Positions 25,691 to 39,765 of a stretch of 64,000 bases of DNA are shown here, piece after piece. Every line of letters starts with the position of its first letter. Position 1 is the stretch's first letter. A program made the translations under genes and the position numbers. Source of the stretch: Ylistrum balloti (taxonomy: Eukaryota); contig NW_026782198.1 of NCBI RefSeq assembly GCF_031769215.1, positions 868,001 through 932,000 of the forward strand, in the 5' to 3' direction. The notes below the pieces were generated by a model, which worked only from the letters and a program-made list of their open reading frames with translations, did no database searches and had not been told where the DNA came from.

Positions 25691-28600
25691 TTTTATGGGC
25701 TTAAATTGTTGAAACCTAAGCGATTCTAGAGATGGGAAGATGCATTCAAGATACAAACTCTATTCATAGTTTCAATATTGGGTAATTTTAAAAGATCAGC
25801 TACAGTACAGCCAGATAATGAAAACAACTGCAACAACTTTAGCTGTTTTGTACTTCTTTGTCAAAGTAAGGTTTATGGAAACATAAAAAATATTTTTGTA
25901 ATGCAAGCACATTATCCAATTTGCCAAGAAAGTTTTTAAAATATTTGCATCCTCACATCATATTTCTTCTGTTGAAAAAATGAGAAAGATAATACACTAA
26001 AACAAATACCACTTTCATTCATATGGTATCAATAAAATATTAGTATCGCCCGCATGTACTGTTAGCTAAATTATTTTACCCTCTCTGTACTTAGCCTGAA
26101 TACAATTACCCCTGAGCCTAGTGTATCATTCCATTTCTATTAGAATAATTCTGGTTAACATTTCGTACCGAATACTTGTCGGTGATATTGATCTCTTGTG
26201 ATTAATTACGAATTGATTTTTTTCTTCACTCATAACGTTAATGCTTAATACATTCAAAAATGGGGGCTAAAGTTCCCTGTAGTCCTCTTATGGTCAGGAA
26301 TGGTGTTTTGGTTGTTTTAGAATTGAAGACTCGTGTGTTTCACATTCGCCATTTTGACGCCAAGTCAAAGTACCTGACTTGATAAGCCCCGTATCCAATT
26401 ACAACTGTGTTATGCTAGTACCGCAGTAAATATTACAACGGAACAGTAGTAACTGCAAAAATCTTATAAATTCAGAAGGGAATTTAAATAATCAACACTA
26501 AGAGTTCTCGAATGGGAATTTGCACACTTTTAACTACCCCGTGAGGATAGTATTAAAACATGATTGTTATAATTAAAATTTTCTGTATTAGATATGCTAA
26601 TAGTTTCATTTGTATTCGCTGAAATATAATTGTTCACACATATGGTGCAAGATTCAATTTCGTATCGAAATTGAATTTATCAGTTTATTGCCTCCCACAA
26701 CTATTAGAAACGACCTGTTACAATTTCCCACGATTATAGGAAATATCATAACGTACGTGTGATATGTTAATGATATAATGTGTAGGTTGCATGTCGCTGT
26801 TGTATATCCGTATTTGCATTTAATTAATTAAGATGGGTAGAAATGGAGAATAAACCTTTGATGTGGAGATCCTACAAGTTCCTGTTGGTGTCAAACTTAA
26901 TGCTGCACTTTAATTAATGGTTCATAAAATAACAATTGCAGCAAGTACTGGTCAACAAACGTAAACAAAGCAAAAAACTACGACACGACACACAGATTCA
27001 GTTCGCCACACACAGTGGCCACACGCTATCCAAAAATAGAAAATACTGACAGCAGATGTATACATTATAAAATTTGACGTTATTTGTTTGTTTGTTGCAA
27101 TTACATCCTTGATCTTGATATAATCGTGATAATGGAACAGCCCCTCGGATATTGAACCTTAGGTGTGGGATGCAAGGTTTTTGCTATCAAGAAATAGAAA
27201 ATTCACAAAAGGAAAATTCAATTAATCATGTTTATTATATAGCTTCTTGGAAAGTTGATATAAAGACCAGCAGTTAATGTAGAATAGTCTGTCGTGTCTT
27301 TGATTTACAATTCAGAAAGTGAAATTGAAAGACTTTACAAGGTCTTTGTGACCGTTTTTGTTAAGCTCTCTGATAAATTTAGCCTTGTATGAAAACAAAA
27401 ACATGTCAGGCAACAGAGGGTACCATTTATTTCTACTTTGGGAAACAACTTTCGCAAAATGAAAAAAAGTGATGATTTGCTATTCCCGGTGTTATCTTGA
27501 CTGCATCATCAGGCATCGCAGCACTCTCTAGTTCAAACATTTGGAACTGTTTTACCCATCACGGAAAAAAGAGTTATGATACGAAGACCATACATTCAAA
27601 TTGTAGAAATTCTTCCATGTAAAATCACTATTATTTGAAACGATGTTATAGTTTAAATCAATTTTACACAGATTAGGCCCCTTTGCTGTAAGGACTCCTA
27701 CCAGACCCCTCAAATTTTTTTCGTTACAGAAACAAACATACCTTATCATTGGCTAATTATTAACGATTGCTTTGGTTCATGTTGAATTTTCTTTTGATTT
27801 CGCAAAACAAGGTCCTTTGACTGTCGTGGAGTGTCTGAAGATGTATTATGCCTCACCGATAAACAACTCCGAATCAACAGGTTGAGCCCCATTCTCGATT
27901 TTCGCATAGCAAGTATCACTTTCAACTTACTATTGGCATATATTTTTTTGCTGTTTGTACAAATTTTATATGGCGCAATCGCTTTTCGTGAAGGTCGCGA
28001 TCGAAAGAAATTCATGAATGTTATCCGTCTGCGTGCTTGAAAACGGTAAATAACGAACATAGCGTGATACAGTCTGTTTTATAAAAGTTAATCGCCATGA
28101 ACTTTCAAAAATAGAGATAGGAAGTGATAGTCGCCGTGAACGAAATATAGTGTACAGTACATGTATTAAGGAATCGCCTTGGTTAAAGAAAGTTTTCTTG
28201 GACATAGGAATACTGCTAAATGTTCCTTTACATTCATTTATCAGATAATGGAAAGCTTTTGTTTACAGGTAATTCATTTCTTGATTTTCACATGGCAATA
28301 AATAAGCAAAAGTATTGGACTCAATTTATATCTATTTGATTCTGTAAGTAGCATTAATGTTCTTTAATGCCGTGAGGTACATTCTGACCTTCCAAAACAT
28401 TCAAAACCACCTCGATCACATGGAAACATTCCAGTTTTGGTTGAAGGTCGGTAGTTGATCTACGAGCTAACCTTTAATAAATATCAGAAGTAAATTAATG
28501 CTTTGTTTTGACACGCGATCAGTTTTGAAAGGTAGGGAAGCAATTAGTGTCACTAAAAAGCAATTTTCGAACAGTCAGAGTTATTGAATTTGTGTACTAC

Positions 28601-29540
28601 GAGATATTACTTCATGCTGCGGGCCCCAAATATCTTTTGTACCTTTAATTCGAAACGTCAGTAGAAAATAAAACGATTTCTGCATCAGGCTTCCTTTTCA
28701 TGATGACAGATTTTCAAACAAAGTGTACTTAGTATTCAGCTTCCTTTTGTCGGCAACACATAGAGAAGCATGATATATTGAGATTACACGTGGTTTGTTA
28801 TGGTGAGGGAAAATAATTGTTTAGATTCCGGTAATTCGCACTTATATTTTACTGCAAATACTTTATCACCATGCATTAGGGTCAAGATCACCAAGACTAG
28901 TACAAACATTAAATCAACTTTCCCCATCACTATGATAACTCACCTAGCTACTTCCGCATCACAAGTTCCCGGGCATAAACTTTCAAAAAAAAAAAAAGAT
29001 TACTAGTTTATTTCTATACATTTTTATTTATCGTTCCTGTAATTTTCATTTGCGATGATAATAATTCGTGATATATTCTTTTAAAACTACAGTGACGATA
29101 AGAAATCGAACAAGAAAGAAATAACGGCAGTTATATCCGTAAATATAATATTTCTTAACATGCCTTTTCAGAACACTTTCGAATGGAATGTGGAAAAGTT
29201 TCGTCAGTTAATAACATCTTTCAATGCAAATTGAGTTATTCTTCTGTCACTCAATGATACAATTTATATTTTGCAGGAAAGCACATTTAGGTCCGTTAAA
29301 CATAGTATGACATTCAAAATACCAGATATCGGTTCTTAGTTAAATTTGGGAAGAGGAAGGAGGAATTAAATAAAAAAGTAAAGAGAATATTGGACAAGTT
29401 TAGTCTTAAGATTTTAGAATACAATTTATTGCAACATTGAAGTAAGGAACAGTCATGTAATTCACGACCTATTATTTTTATAGCAATCAGCTTTGAAAGG
29501 ATCCAAAAGCTTCCTTTAATTAACCACCCTTTGAAAAAGT

Positions 29541-29780
29541 ATGGCAGTAATGACAACCACCATAAGAGAAGTGCGTGTTGAAATATATGATTGGAAAAAT
29601 AATTGACCAAGGAGGACACTTGCAGGTCTGACCACGGCATTAGAAAGGGGTCACAATTTCAATTTTGTCGAGGGAACCACAATACATCAAGTTCAACGTA
29701 GGTTAAACCATGCTTTCATACAAGAACGAATTAATGCTTCAAATGCAGAGAAGGTTTCTATTACTACATTTTTTTCTTAA
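29541..29780 (+). pseudogene. 80-codon frame with one internal TGA, unassigned
   Basis: MAVMTTTIREVRVEIYDWKNN*PRRTLAGLTTALERGHNFNFVEGTTIHQVQRRLNHAFIQERINASNAEKVSITTFFS*. Confidence 0.25.
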
Positions 29781-31119
29781 TGGAGAAAACCAACAGAAAC
29801 AAGCAAAATACTACACTGTACGGTAGAGGGTCCATCCTTCGAAATTGACATTTTAATGTTCATATATTTTGCATATTCCATAAAGGATTAAATACATTTT
29901 TAATTATTATTATTTTATAGTTTTTATCGTATCATCATATCTTTAAAGAGTTCCGTATATTTTGAATATTTATGAAGTATGCACATGTACTCTTTTCAAA
30001 TTATCAATTATATACAAATTACGTCATTGATTTATATGTGGGACTAATGCATCTCCCCATCCAGCTGTTGGCATTTCCTTTGATTGATTTTGTTTTTCTT
30101 TATTTGCCTCTTAGATTTCAATATTTCGGTCTTCAGCATTACGGAAGGACGAAACAAACGTGTAATGCTGTGTACGTTTTTTTTACTTGTGAATTTGTAT
30201 CGAATGGTATTTTTCACCTGGGTGTCTTTTGATTAATAATGGATGATCTTATCAGGGGAAACGTTTCTCGGTTGCATTTCATATAACATAGAAAAATATG
30301 AACACATTGAAACTTTTAGAGGGAGGAGGGAAGGGGAGTGCGCTGCAAGATAACATGCAGCCACAATTTTGTATAAGTTGAAACACTTGCAAAAAATATT
30401 GATTGTTGTTAATTTCCATCTTATTTACATACACTCATATACAAAACCTATCGTGCTATATATATGTGATGTCAGTTAGAATTATCTCAGGTTGAATAAA
30501 TCTTACCCAAGAGGTTATAGGTATTAGCAGACTTTGGCAATCATCCAATTAATAATTGGTTCCAAATGCGTGTTACATGTTTAAATATTAATTGACTTGA
30601 ACCAGGTCATATTATGCTAGTGTAGATTTTTTCGCTAAAACTTATAATTGTCTTGCCTGTTGGAATGCGTGTAATTTTGTGCAACTGGTAAATCTTACCA
30701 ATGTTTACGGAAGTGTCATTTTGTACAATTACACTAAGCCGATATTAGAGGTTGGTGCCGCTTTGACTAAAGATTGTATTAAGGGTCAAAATACAGATTC
30801 ACGATAACAGTTTAAATACTATTTATACTAGTTCTAGAAACTTCTTCTGAGCGTGCGAAATTCTACGTGTGAAATCATGGCGACTGTTTATTTATTCAGT
30901 TCACGATTTGTGGCGAATTAATTTTTTTGCATTTTAGCAGAAATTGTAAATGGATTATTTTCCAAACAATACATCAATATGATGTCATTTGCTATCTATT
31001 CCTGTTCACATGACGTCTAACTCCAATGAAGAGGCCACAGTAAGAGTTCTGTTCAAAATCAAAGCAAATGAAAGCTTTAATCATTGTGGGTGTTAGGTAT
31101 TCATGAAATTTCATTAACA

Positions 31120-31566
31120 GACGTGTTTCAGAAGATATCAGCATACTTTAATCTTCTTTCAAATAACTCAAGGTCTACATTGATCCAAGCTGATTAAATC
31201 ATGAGGTTATTTCATCTTGTTTTCCCTACTTCTCTACTCGATTTCCATAACTTCCTGCTCTGGATTACCACACTCCGACCTCTGCATCACTGGAATTTCA
31301 TACCAGTATGAAATAAGGCATAGTTGCACGTATATGCTGTTGTTTTGTCAAACATTTGGCCCGTGTCGTATCTTTGTTTATAAGGGTTACTATATTTTAG
31401 AAATTTAGCCTTGTGCTACTCTCACATGTTCGGAAATCAAATAATATCATTCCACTAGTATACCATTGAATGTAAATTTGATACCAGATAATATAAATTT
31501 TCTTGGGTCATGCCACATCTTCAAAATAATAACAAAGATAGCCGAGGACGCTTACTCTTCTGGAAC
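31120..31566 (+). mobile_element. highly decayed Penelope-like 3' fragment
   Basis: Weak RT-like peptides (ISAYFNLL, FPYFS) and the terminal GAGGACGCTTACTCTTCTGGAAC motif. Confidence 0.4.
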
Positions 31567-34500
31567 TGTTTAATGTTCCTTATCAGTGTTCATGAGTCTT
31601 CATTAATTGTTTTCTTTTTTCATGTTTAGCCATAGTGTTTTTTGAAAATCAGTTTGTAATATGATTTTATTCACATTTCGGTATGTTTTTGTTGGTCTTG
31701 CATGGTCAGAGTAAAAATATCGACTTCGCCATGTTTTACGTAAATCTAACCGTCTAAATTGACATGCTGATCAACAAAGTCTGTTTTGTGAGTTTGCACG
31801 TCACCTTTGGTGTCTGTCGTCGAAATTTCTATATTAATATCTGCATTGAAATTAAGGTTAGCATCCCGTCGGAAGATTTTCTAACATTCCTCAAAGTGAT
31901 TTATGGATATGCGTGACCTAGTGTTCATGAGTGGTACTTATACTTCCAGTTTCTATAAGGAAAGCGTGACCTTGACTCAGGTCTAATTAACCTTGAGAGA
32001 TACACTGTTATTTACAGAAGTATAAATGGAGAACGCAAAAGAAAATCCTAAGTGTAGGGCCCATTAGTATTCACTAATACTGTAGCATTTAAAAGTGAAG
32101 TGTAGTTTAACCATTAAGTAATGTCATAATTACAAAATCACAGACAATTTTCTATTTTTTTGTGATATTTCTTTTGAGCTTTGACTGTACCTATCGTGAA
32201 TATAAAGATATATATACAGGTCGATGAGGTAATATCCTCATGTAACGTACCCATTACATCGTTTAATGCGTTACATTCATTTCGATTTATAAAAGTAGTT
32301 CAAAGCGATTCTCATTGAAAGAAGTGTTTAAAGGTGGGCATATTCGACATAGATAATAGAAACACACAGGTAGGCCTAACATATATAACATGGATTCAGA
32401 TAGGAATGTGATGCTATTTTAGAGAGCAGTAATATTGAACAAGTGTAGAGAGGTCCCTTATATTGCTTCACAGAATCCCTGAGAGAGATTCTGGGATTAA
32501 AAAAGGAAAATATCCATGGGTGGTCGGGTGGCGCAGTGGATTTCCAACCACGTGATTTCTGGAACAGACGTGACAGTAAGTCTACTTGCACGTTCCATCC
32601 AGAACTACAAGAGTGTGTATTTTGATATAATTTGTTAGGCCATTGTTGAAATGTATTACTTATATTTTCTTATTCCTGAATTTGTTAAAATAGCATACAC
32701 GTGAAACGCCAGAAAATTACCTCATTTGGGGTAAGTCTATAAAATTGAATGGAGTGTTGAAGCTCTCCGAGAAGAAATTTTAATTAAGAATAGATATAAG
32801 GGACATACATTTCAGGTATCTGTGATGTACCTAGTTCGGGCACGCACGAGTTGTCTGCAACAGGAAATTCAACGATTATCTGTTAATGTATATGACTATT
32901 TTATTAAGTTTCTTGTCTAGATATCCGGGCCAAACCAATCATAGCATTTTCCCAACAGACTCTTAAAATATACCGTATTTGTTTTTGTCTCTATTCGGAT
33001 TTAAAATTAACTTCGAAACTGATTATTTAATAGATATTTCTCGCAAGAGTTTTAGAAAAGTTAGTGAAATCTTCATTGAAATATTCATCGATGGCTCCCG
33101 GCTGACAAATATATCTGGTAAATGTATTTGCGATATAATGATTCAGAAATATTTACTCCTCTATTTCAAAGGAGCAGAAACTCCCTGCTATTTTTTATGA
33201 ATAACATCGTTTTCAAGAACAGCCACATTAGTTAATTTCATATAAAACAAAAAATATATATGAACATAAACAATAAATTTAAAAGCTTTTCCTCGTCCCT
33301 GAAATGAAGGAGAAATGTTAAACTCTTAACTTATATGAAAACAAAACCGGTATGTTTACGCACTCGCTTTTTAAGCGGAATGAGCTCCTTCCTGCATCAC
33401 AGCTGAAAATATCGTCCAAGGAATGGAAGAGAGGCGTTACACTTTTAACTCATAAAAACCGCTTTATCCAAGCATTTAAAGAGTATTAATATGTTCTTAT
33501 TCGCTTTTTAAACCAAATGAGCTTCCTAAATTACGGCTGACAAATATTCCATACATCATTGATATTAAATAAGGTCATGGAGAAACTGAATGAACTGATT
33601 TGCATCTGTTTGTTCGTTCATTTATCTAAATATTAACAGGTAAATCATGTTATTTTATGAAGTGGTGCTTTTATCTACCACGTTCTATTCCATTAAACAC
33701 ATATAATATGTTGTTTTATGGTAAACGTTTGAAAATATAATGAATGATCTAATGCATGAATACCTGACAAATATTGATTTCTCATTTTTGTACACAGTTG
33801 TGAAGAGCTAACACGTAGGTCTACCTTTCTACATTGTTGCGTCTCCTACTTCAGACCTGCTAACGCCTCCACGAACGTCCCATTCTCAACCATCCAGGCT
33901 AATTAAGATATTTGAAAATATACAATAATATATTTCATGATAGGTGTACTTTTATTAGTTTTTTCCATAGCTAATTGTGGAATAATATTTCCCAAACAAG
34001 TCGTATGATTCTTGATTTAAACCATGTTTACCAAGTGATAAATCCCTTAACTGATATTTGTACATGTATACCAAACAGTCAAGAAGTGTACTGGAGAGGA
34101 ATCATATTCAAAGTATGTATGTTGATTCAAGTCTATTTCCATTTAGTTTATAAAGTGAAAACGTGTTTGAAACGGTTTCTGACAACTTTCACCATTATGA
34201 CTTTTTTCACAAATTAAGCTTTGCCATGTTTTGAATATATCAATATTTAATCAATGTGCTCAATTACAAATATAATCCTATTCATGAGCAATTGAATTGA
34301 TTTTTACCGGTGACAGATTCTTGTGAAGGCCGTGGGAGGGGTCACCTTAACCGATTAAATCCCTCATTAGGATTCATACCGATGCTTTCGTCTTAAACGC
34401 GGTAGGTAAATAAATAGTACACCAATTAATCGTCGTTTACATGACAGGTGGAATCGAGATTGGCGGTAGAAATTTGGGCCAATTATAAATCTCAGAGAGA

Positions 34501-37500
34501 TACATATCTATGTGAGAAATATTTGGGGAAAATATGTACTGTATATACATTTGTATTTTCAAAAGATTCGTTGTGTAGATATCACCACCCTGTGGTGTCC
34601 TCGTTAAGCAGCATGTCTATACCCATCGGGTGTCTTCGATTGCGCAAGGCAAAAACAATACCTGGATTGTGACAGTATTGAATATATATTGAGAAGACCT
34701 TTCATTAAATGTCATAATACTGCCTCGAGAGTTTAAAAGGTGCCTTGACAGATCAGTCAGAGTGACAAGATTCTTTAATCCATTTGTTTTGGATGGCATG
34801 TAACGGACCTCCCGCATGTTGTTCAATAGGATGGACACTTTCGTTGGACAATAAGAGTAGCAAACATTCAAGAGTTTATTAGCATAATGTCTAACGATGT
34901 ACTAGCAGTTTAATCTGTTATCTGGCTCCACAAATTCTTTCTTTGTATTTTTTATGAATATCCACTCGAAATAAAAGAAGTAATCTTCTACTAAAAGTCC
35001 CTTTGAAGAAAACCACAAAAACGCATTTCCAGTGACACAGGGGGACATTGATTAGAGTATGAAAAATACCCAATAAGTAAAGATTATTCATATTCCATAC
35101 ATAACTCCACTGCTACTTCCTTATGCCTCCAAAACAAAATAAATAAATATATGTAAAGTTATGACCCTAACGATGGGAATTAACCGTGGATAAAATACAT
35201 TACAAAAAGACGATGAGCAGGAAGTTATAAGTTATAACGTCATGTGTTAAGAAAAGGTTTATTCAATCTTGAAACCGAAACTAATGTTCAACGTGAAGTT
35301 AATAAAAAAAATAATAAAAACAAAAACAAAAAGTGTTCTCTGTTTCATCGACTACTCCTCAAATTAGGTAAAATCACGCTCTCAAAGAGGAGTAAGGTTA
35401 ATAACAACAAAATAACCAGAAACTAAGAGACCATCACAAATTACGGTAACTTTAATAAGATTGTTATTTTTACCGAATAAGATCAGACTAAATAGTAGTC
35501 TCGACAAAAACCAAACGCAACGACTCGAAAATTAAGGTAGTTGGTGAGAGAAAGATATAAATGTAGGACAGAAATGAGGCTACGTTTGTGAGACAAATGA
35601 ACGATGCCAGCAATAGCGCTAAGCTTGGCAGACAAACTGTTAAGACAGTGGTGGGACGTATAAGAGAGCAATGTGTATAAACTATGCGGGACTATAATCA
35701 TTATCTTTTTTTATATGTTAAATCATAATGCATAACTGATAAACCATTACTAATTGGGATTGACGTTTAACATCTGAATTCAAGAATTCAGTTTACGTTT
35801 ATGACTTTAATCCAATTATAATCATAAAAGCTTTCCCGGTACTTTTTATTATTTTTTAAAACCTGTTGATACATATCTGGTAGAAATAAAGATTGTTTTT
35901 ACAAATAAGCAAAACTGCATTAAAATTCATTGTAAAGAATATGTCATAATTGCTGCACTTCAATTATAATTCACACGTGGGGCTTAAAGTCAATTTTATT
36001 ACCGTAACCAATGCAATCAATGTCACACAAAAACAAGTAACCTTTTCAGTGAGCTGTCTGTGGTATAAAAGAAGATACACATGAAAGATTTTAAGTATTT
36101 AGATAAAACTTTTAAAAAAAAACTATCAATGTATATGGTAATAGGTATTTAAACCGTTGCATTTGTGTATGAAAAAGGTGGTCATAAACCATAAGAATAT
36201 TTACATTTTAATTCCATAAATAGCACTTTTTGTTAAATATAGAATCCAGCACAAAACCTGTTAACAAATAGCTATAATGATAACGACCACCTCACATACT
36301 ATTATATGTTCAACAACTTTGTCATTGTACGGTAATTCGAAACTTAAATTGAACTGAAAATTTATGTTCAATTAATATTAAATCGAACCCAATCATTATA
36401 CCGAGAAGTATGTGGTATAGGCACATGATGGGTACTTCTATTCAAATGTTCAATATAATCTTCTGCACCCTCCCATCTTCTCCTTTCCCTTCGATAGGTC
36501 TAAATAAGCAAACAAACTGTGTTTGAAATGAAGGGGGAAAAATTACAATGTGTTTTTGTTTAAGATGCAGGTATTTTGTCACTTATCTGCAATGATAACA
36601 TATATCAATTTTCTATTTAGTGTTGGATTTGAAGTGTCATATTTTACCTGGAATGCTATTGGTTTAAGCAAATGTTTTATGGGAAGCAGATTGTTACTAT
36701 ACAGAAATGGAAAACTCGCGATCAAATAAACGAATCATATCGTAAATCTTACTGCGTTTGTCATACCCCCCCCCCCCCCCCCCCACTTCTGTTCCTTATG
36801 TTCATGTCTAGTAACTACAATGCTTGTAAATTTCCAAATATTCGATAGATTTAACGATTTACGATAATAGAAAAATTAATTTCAAAAGATGCCTGTTTTC
36901 AATAAGTACACTAAAATCAGAGGCTGTATATAAGTAAGTATCGAGGCTTTGCTTATTTTCCAATTACATAAATATTTTAAGACTGTAAATGAACATACAA
37001 ACGTATCACACATTTGTTTTGATATATCAGAATCTAACAATTATTGTACATATATCTATCAACAAAGGAAATTCATCTAAGCACAATACACCAGGATATC
37101 TGCACCGAATTGACCCCTCGAGACCATTTTATGTCATTACTAACCCTCCATTTGAGCGTTTGATGTTAACACCTGGGCTTTACTGTACTCAGTGACCCAG
37201 TTTCTTGATAATCTGATAACTGTAGAACTGTGGAAATAAATCTTTCAGAACGACAACTTCTTCCTTAAGTAATCGCCTTTATAAAATGTGACATAATCAG
37301 TCATCTTGTCTTGTTTGCAGATGATTAATGATTTTAAGTATCAAAATTAACTTTTTTTAATCTTAAAGTTTCTTGGTCGAAGATGCATGATGCATGTGAT
37401 TTTCTCTGCATCATCCATTTTAGGATGATCTTCTAGTACATCACCAAACAAAAATCGCTAATACTATCTTAACATGTAGACCATGTTCTGTAACCAACTA

Positions 37501-37559
37501 AACCATCATTGTATAAAGGAGAACAACTCCAAACGCTTCTGACATTAAAATTTAATAAA

Positions 37560-38035
37560 TCTCCATTACCTTGCAATCAAAACGGATTGTGAAATACTGT
37601 CAGTCACATATTCTAGATTTTTACAAACAGTGATTTGAGATCATCATCGAAGAGTCTATGAGATATGATAGAGTACATTGTAGTTATGATATTAATGCTT
37701 ACATTACAGTTTAAATGTGTTGAAGTAATTCAATACGTTAACATTGTATAGAGCATTCTCTGTTCTAGTTAATGAACTTTCCTGATACATAGAAGTGTGG
37801 CAAGTATGCTGGATGCTTACCCGCTGAATAAAATTTCTAAAAATGACTGAAAGAACGTATCTCTTTTTCGTGAGGATTATAAGTTTTTCTCATCATGAAG
37901 ATGAATGTGTTCGATGTTCTTAATCATGACCATATGTCATTGACCTCGTTCTCTTTTTGAGAACGTGCCTTTTTTTAGATTGAACGAGATTAGCATAGCG
38001 TGTCTTCGATAATGCAGAAGACGTTTACTCGGGAA
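37560..38035 (+). mobile_element. decayed Penelope-like 3' fragment
   Basis: LAIKTD...Y/LDF-like peptide and the terminal GATAATGCAGAAGACGTTTACTC motif. Confidence 0.45.
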
Positions 38036-38463
38036 GTTGATAAACGGACGGTCTTTGTTTTCTTGTCTGTGTCCGTGGACAAGACAGGATGTCGACAGGG
38101 TTAATATGACAGGTAACAATTAGGAAGTATTCAAAACAAATTATCTTCCTCGGCATCATAATGACGTCGGTGGTAATATTACACATATACTATTTACACT
38201 TTCCCAACTTGACGATAATCATATCCTGTAGTTTTTATTCCAAAGGGATATTAATCATCATAGGTTCAGTAACAGAGAGGCATTCCCAAAATCCTTGTGA
38301 AAAACCCAGACTAAAGATATATCGTTACATACACTTTTATTCCATTTTGTTCCGGTGATTTTTGAGTCATATGCAAGATTGTACAAAAGCCATCAGCTGA
38401 ATAGCACCATTTAAGAAAAACATTTTGATAAGATACGGTAGAGTCAAACAAAGAAATCTAATT

Positions 38464-38509
38464 GCTCCATACTGCTGTTTCGTCCTTAAATAAACACGCC
38501 AGAGGTGCT
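38464..38509 (-). ncRNA. hammerhead ribozyme relic, copy 5
   Basis: Minus strand reads AGCACCT-CTGGCGT-GTTT-atttaa-GGAC-GAAA-CAGCAG-TA-TGGAGC; the upstream TTTCCTCAGTCACCTTCAA matches copy 1. Confidence 0.55.
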
Positions 38510-39161
38510 AAGAGCTTAAATGTTAAACATTGAAGGTGACTGAGGAAATTTCAATGTGATCGAAACAAATGTAGAAATATAGATGGGGAGATGTACTAGT
38601 CCGATGTTTCAGTAAATTCCGTATTTCAAATATATCTGATGATTTTTGAAGAACGTAAAGGACATGTGTTTATTCTGAACCGTACCACTGCTCAAATGAA
38701 TTACAGGTGAGTTTTGTATGTGAGTGGGTGCTAAATAACTTCACGGATTGTTCTACACAACAAGGTGTTGTCAAATCGGCGAGGTCCATCATTCCGTCTG
38801 AAAGCAAACAACCTACAAAGACAACAACATTGCATTCGCGGCATTTCGCCAAATACAACTTAAATACACTGTAAAGAAAACTTCAAAGAGCGTTAATAAA
38901 AAAACAATTATTGACATATTATGCGGACAAACAAATATCTGAAAAACATGTACAAGAGGTTTAAGTCGGCTTTACGTTGGCAGTAAGATTGAACGTAAAG
39001 AACTATTAAAAAGATGAAATCTGAAGAACCAGTGGAAAACCTTCAACATTCTTCACATTTTTTAAGAAATCAAGAAAATACCAAGATGTCAACATAATCA
39101 AATTCCATAAACCTAAGGTAAAATATGAAAAAAAAGAAAGATTTACACAGAGACTCCTGAA

Positions 39162-39500
39162 AGGTGTTCCGGAAGAGTAGGCGTTTTCTGTTTCATCGAT
39201 GCCACGGAATCAACAGGCATCAACGACGTTCAGCTTCATATCATACAAAGATATAGAATATTTCTCAATGAGATCACTATGGCGACCATAAACCTTACCC
39301 ATAAATTTCATTATTCTGCATTTTTCGAAACCCTGTGTTAAGTCTTTGTTCGTCACACACCATAGGTTGGGGATGCAGGAATATTGCCATCTAAAAAGTG
39401 GAAAATTAATGAAAGGGAAATAAAGATCATCACTTTTATCATAGAGTTAATTAGTAAGCCGTCTATGTTGATTTCGTTGTAGGAAAAGACCAAGATAAAC
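39162..39500 (-). mobile_element. Penelope-like retroelement 3' fragment
   Basis: SAVYLGLFL/EINIDGLL/LYDKSDDLYFPFINFP/LDGNIPASPTYGV, then TQGFEKCRIMKFMGKVYGRHSDLIEKYSISLYDM and the 3' motif GATGAAACAGAAAACGCCTACTCTTCCGGAACACC. Confidence 0.8.
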
Positions 39501-39504
39501 AGCT

Positions 39505-39765
39505 GAGAGAGGGACAAAAAGAGAGACAGGGAGAGAGGAGATAGAGACAGACAGAAATAGAGGCAGAAATAGACACAAAGACAAAAACAGAGAGACGGAG
39601 ACAACGACAAAACAGAGACAGAGGCAGAGAGACAGACACCAAGACAGTGACAGAGAGACAGACACCAAGACAGTGACAGAGGGACAGACACCAAGACAGA
39701 AACAGAGACACAGAGCCATACAAAGAGAAGAGAGACAAAAAGAGAGACAGAGACACAGAGACAAA
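39505..39765. repeat. purine-rich GAGACA/CAGA low-complexity repeat
   Basis: Includes near-tandem AGACAGACACCAAGACAGTGACAGAG units and explains the minus-strand ORFs at 39353-39776. Confidence 0.9.

Noticed and set aside
27746-28205. Overlapping ORFs with a GPCR-TM-like hydrophobic stretch
   Set aside because: A single short segment with no diagnostic motif or exon structure.
38635-38660. Further hammerhead-like cores (also about 10183-10210, 21520-21560, 34375-34405 and 43510-43545)
   Set aside because: Too many core mismatches and no shared family flanks; could be chance.
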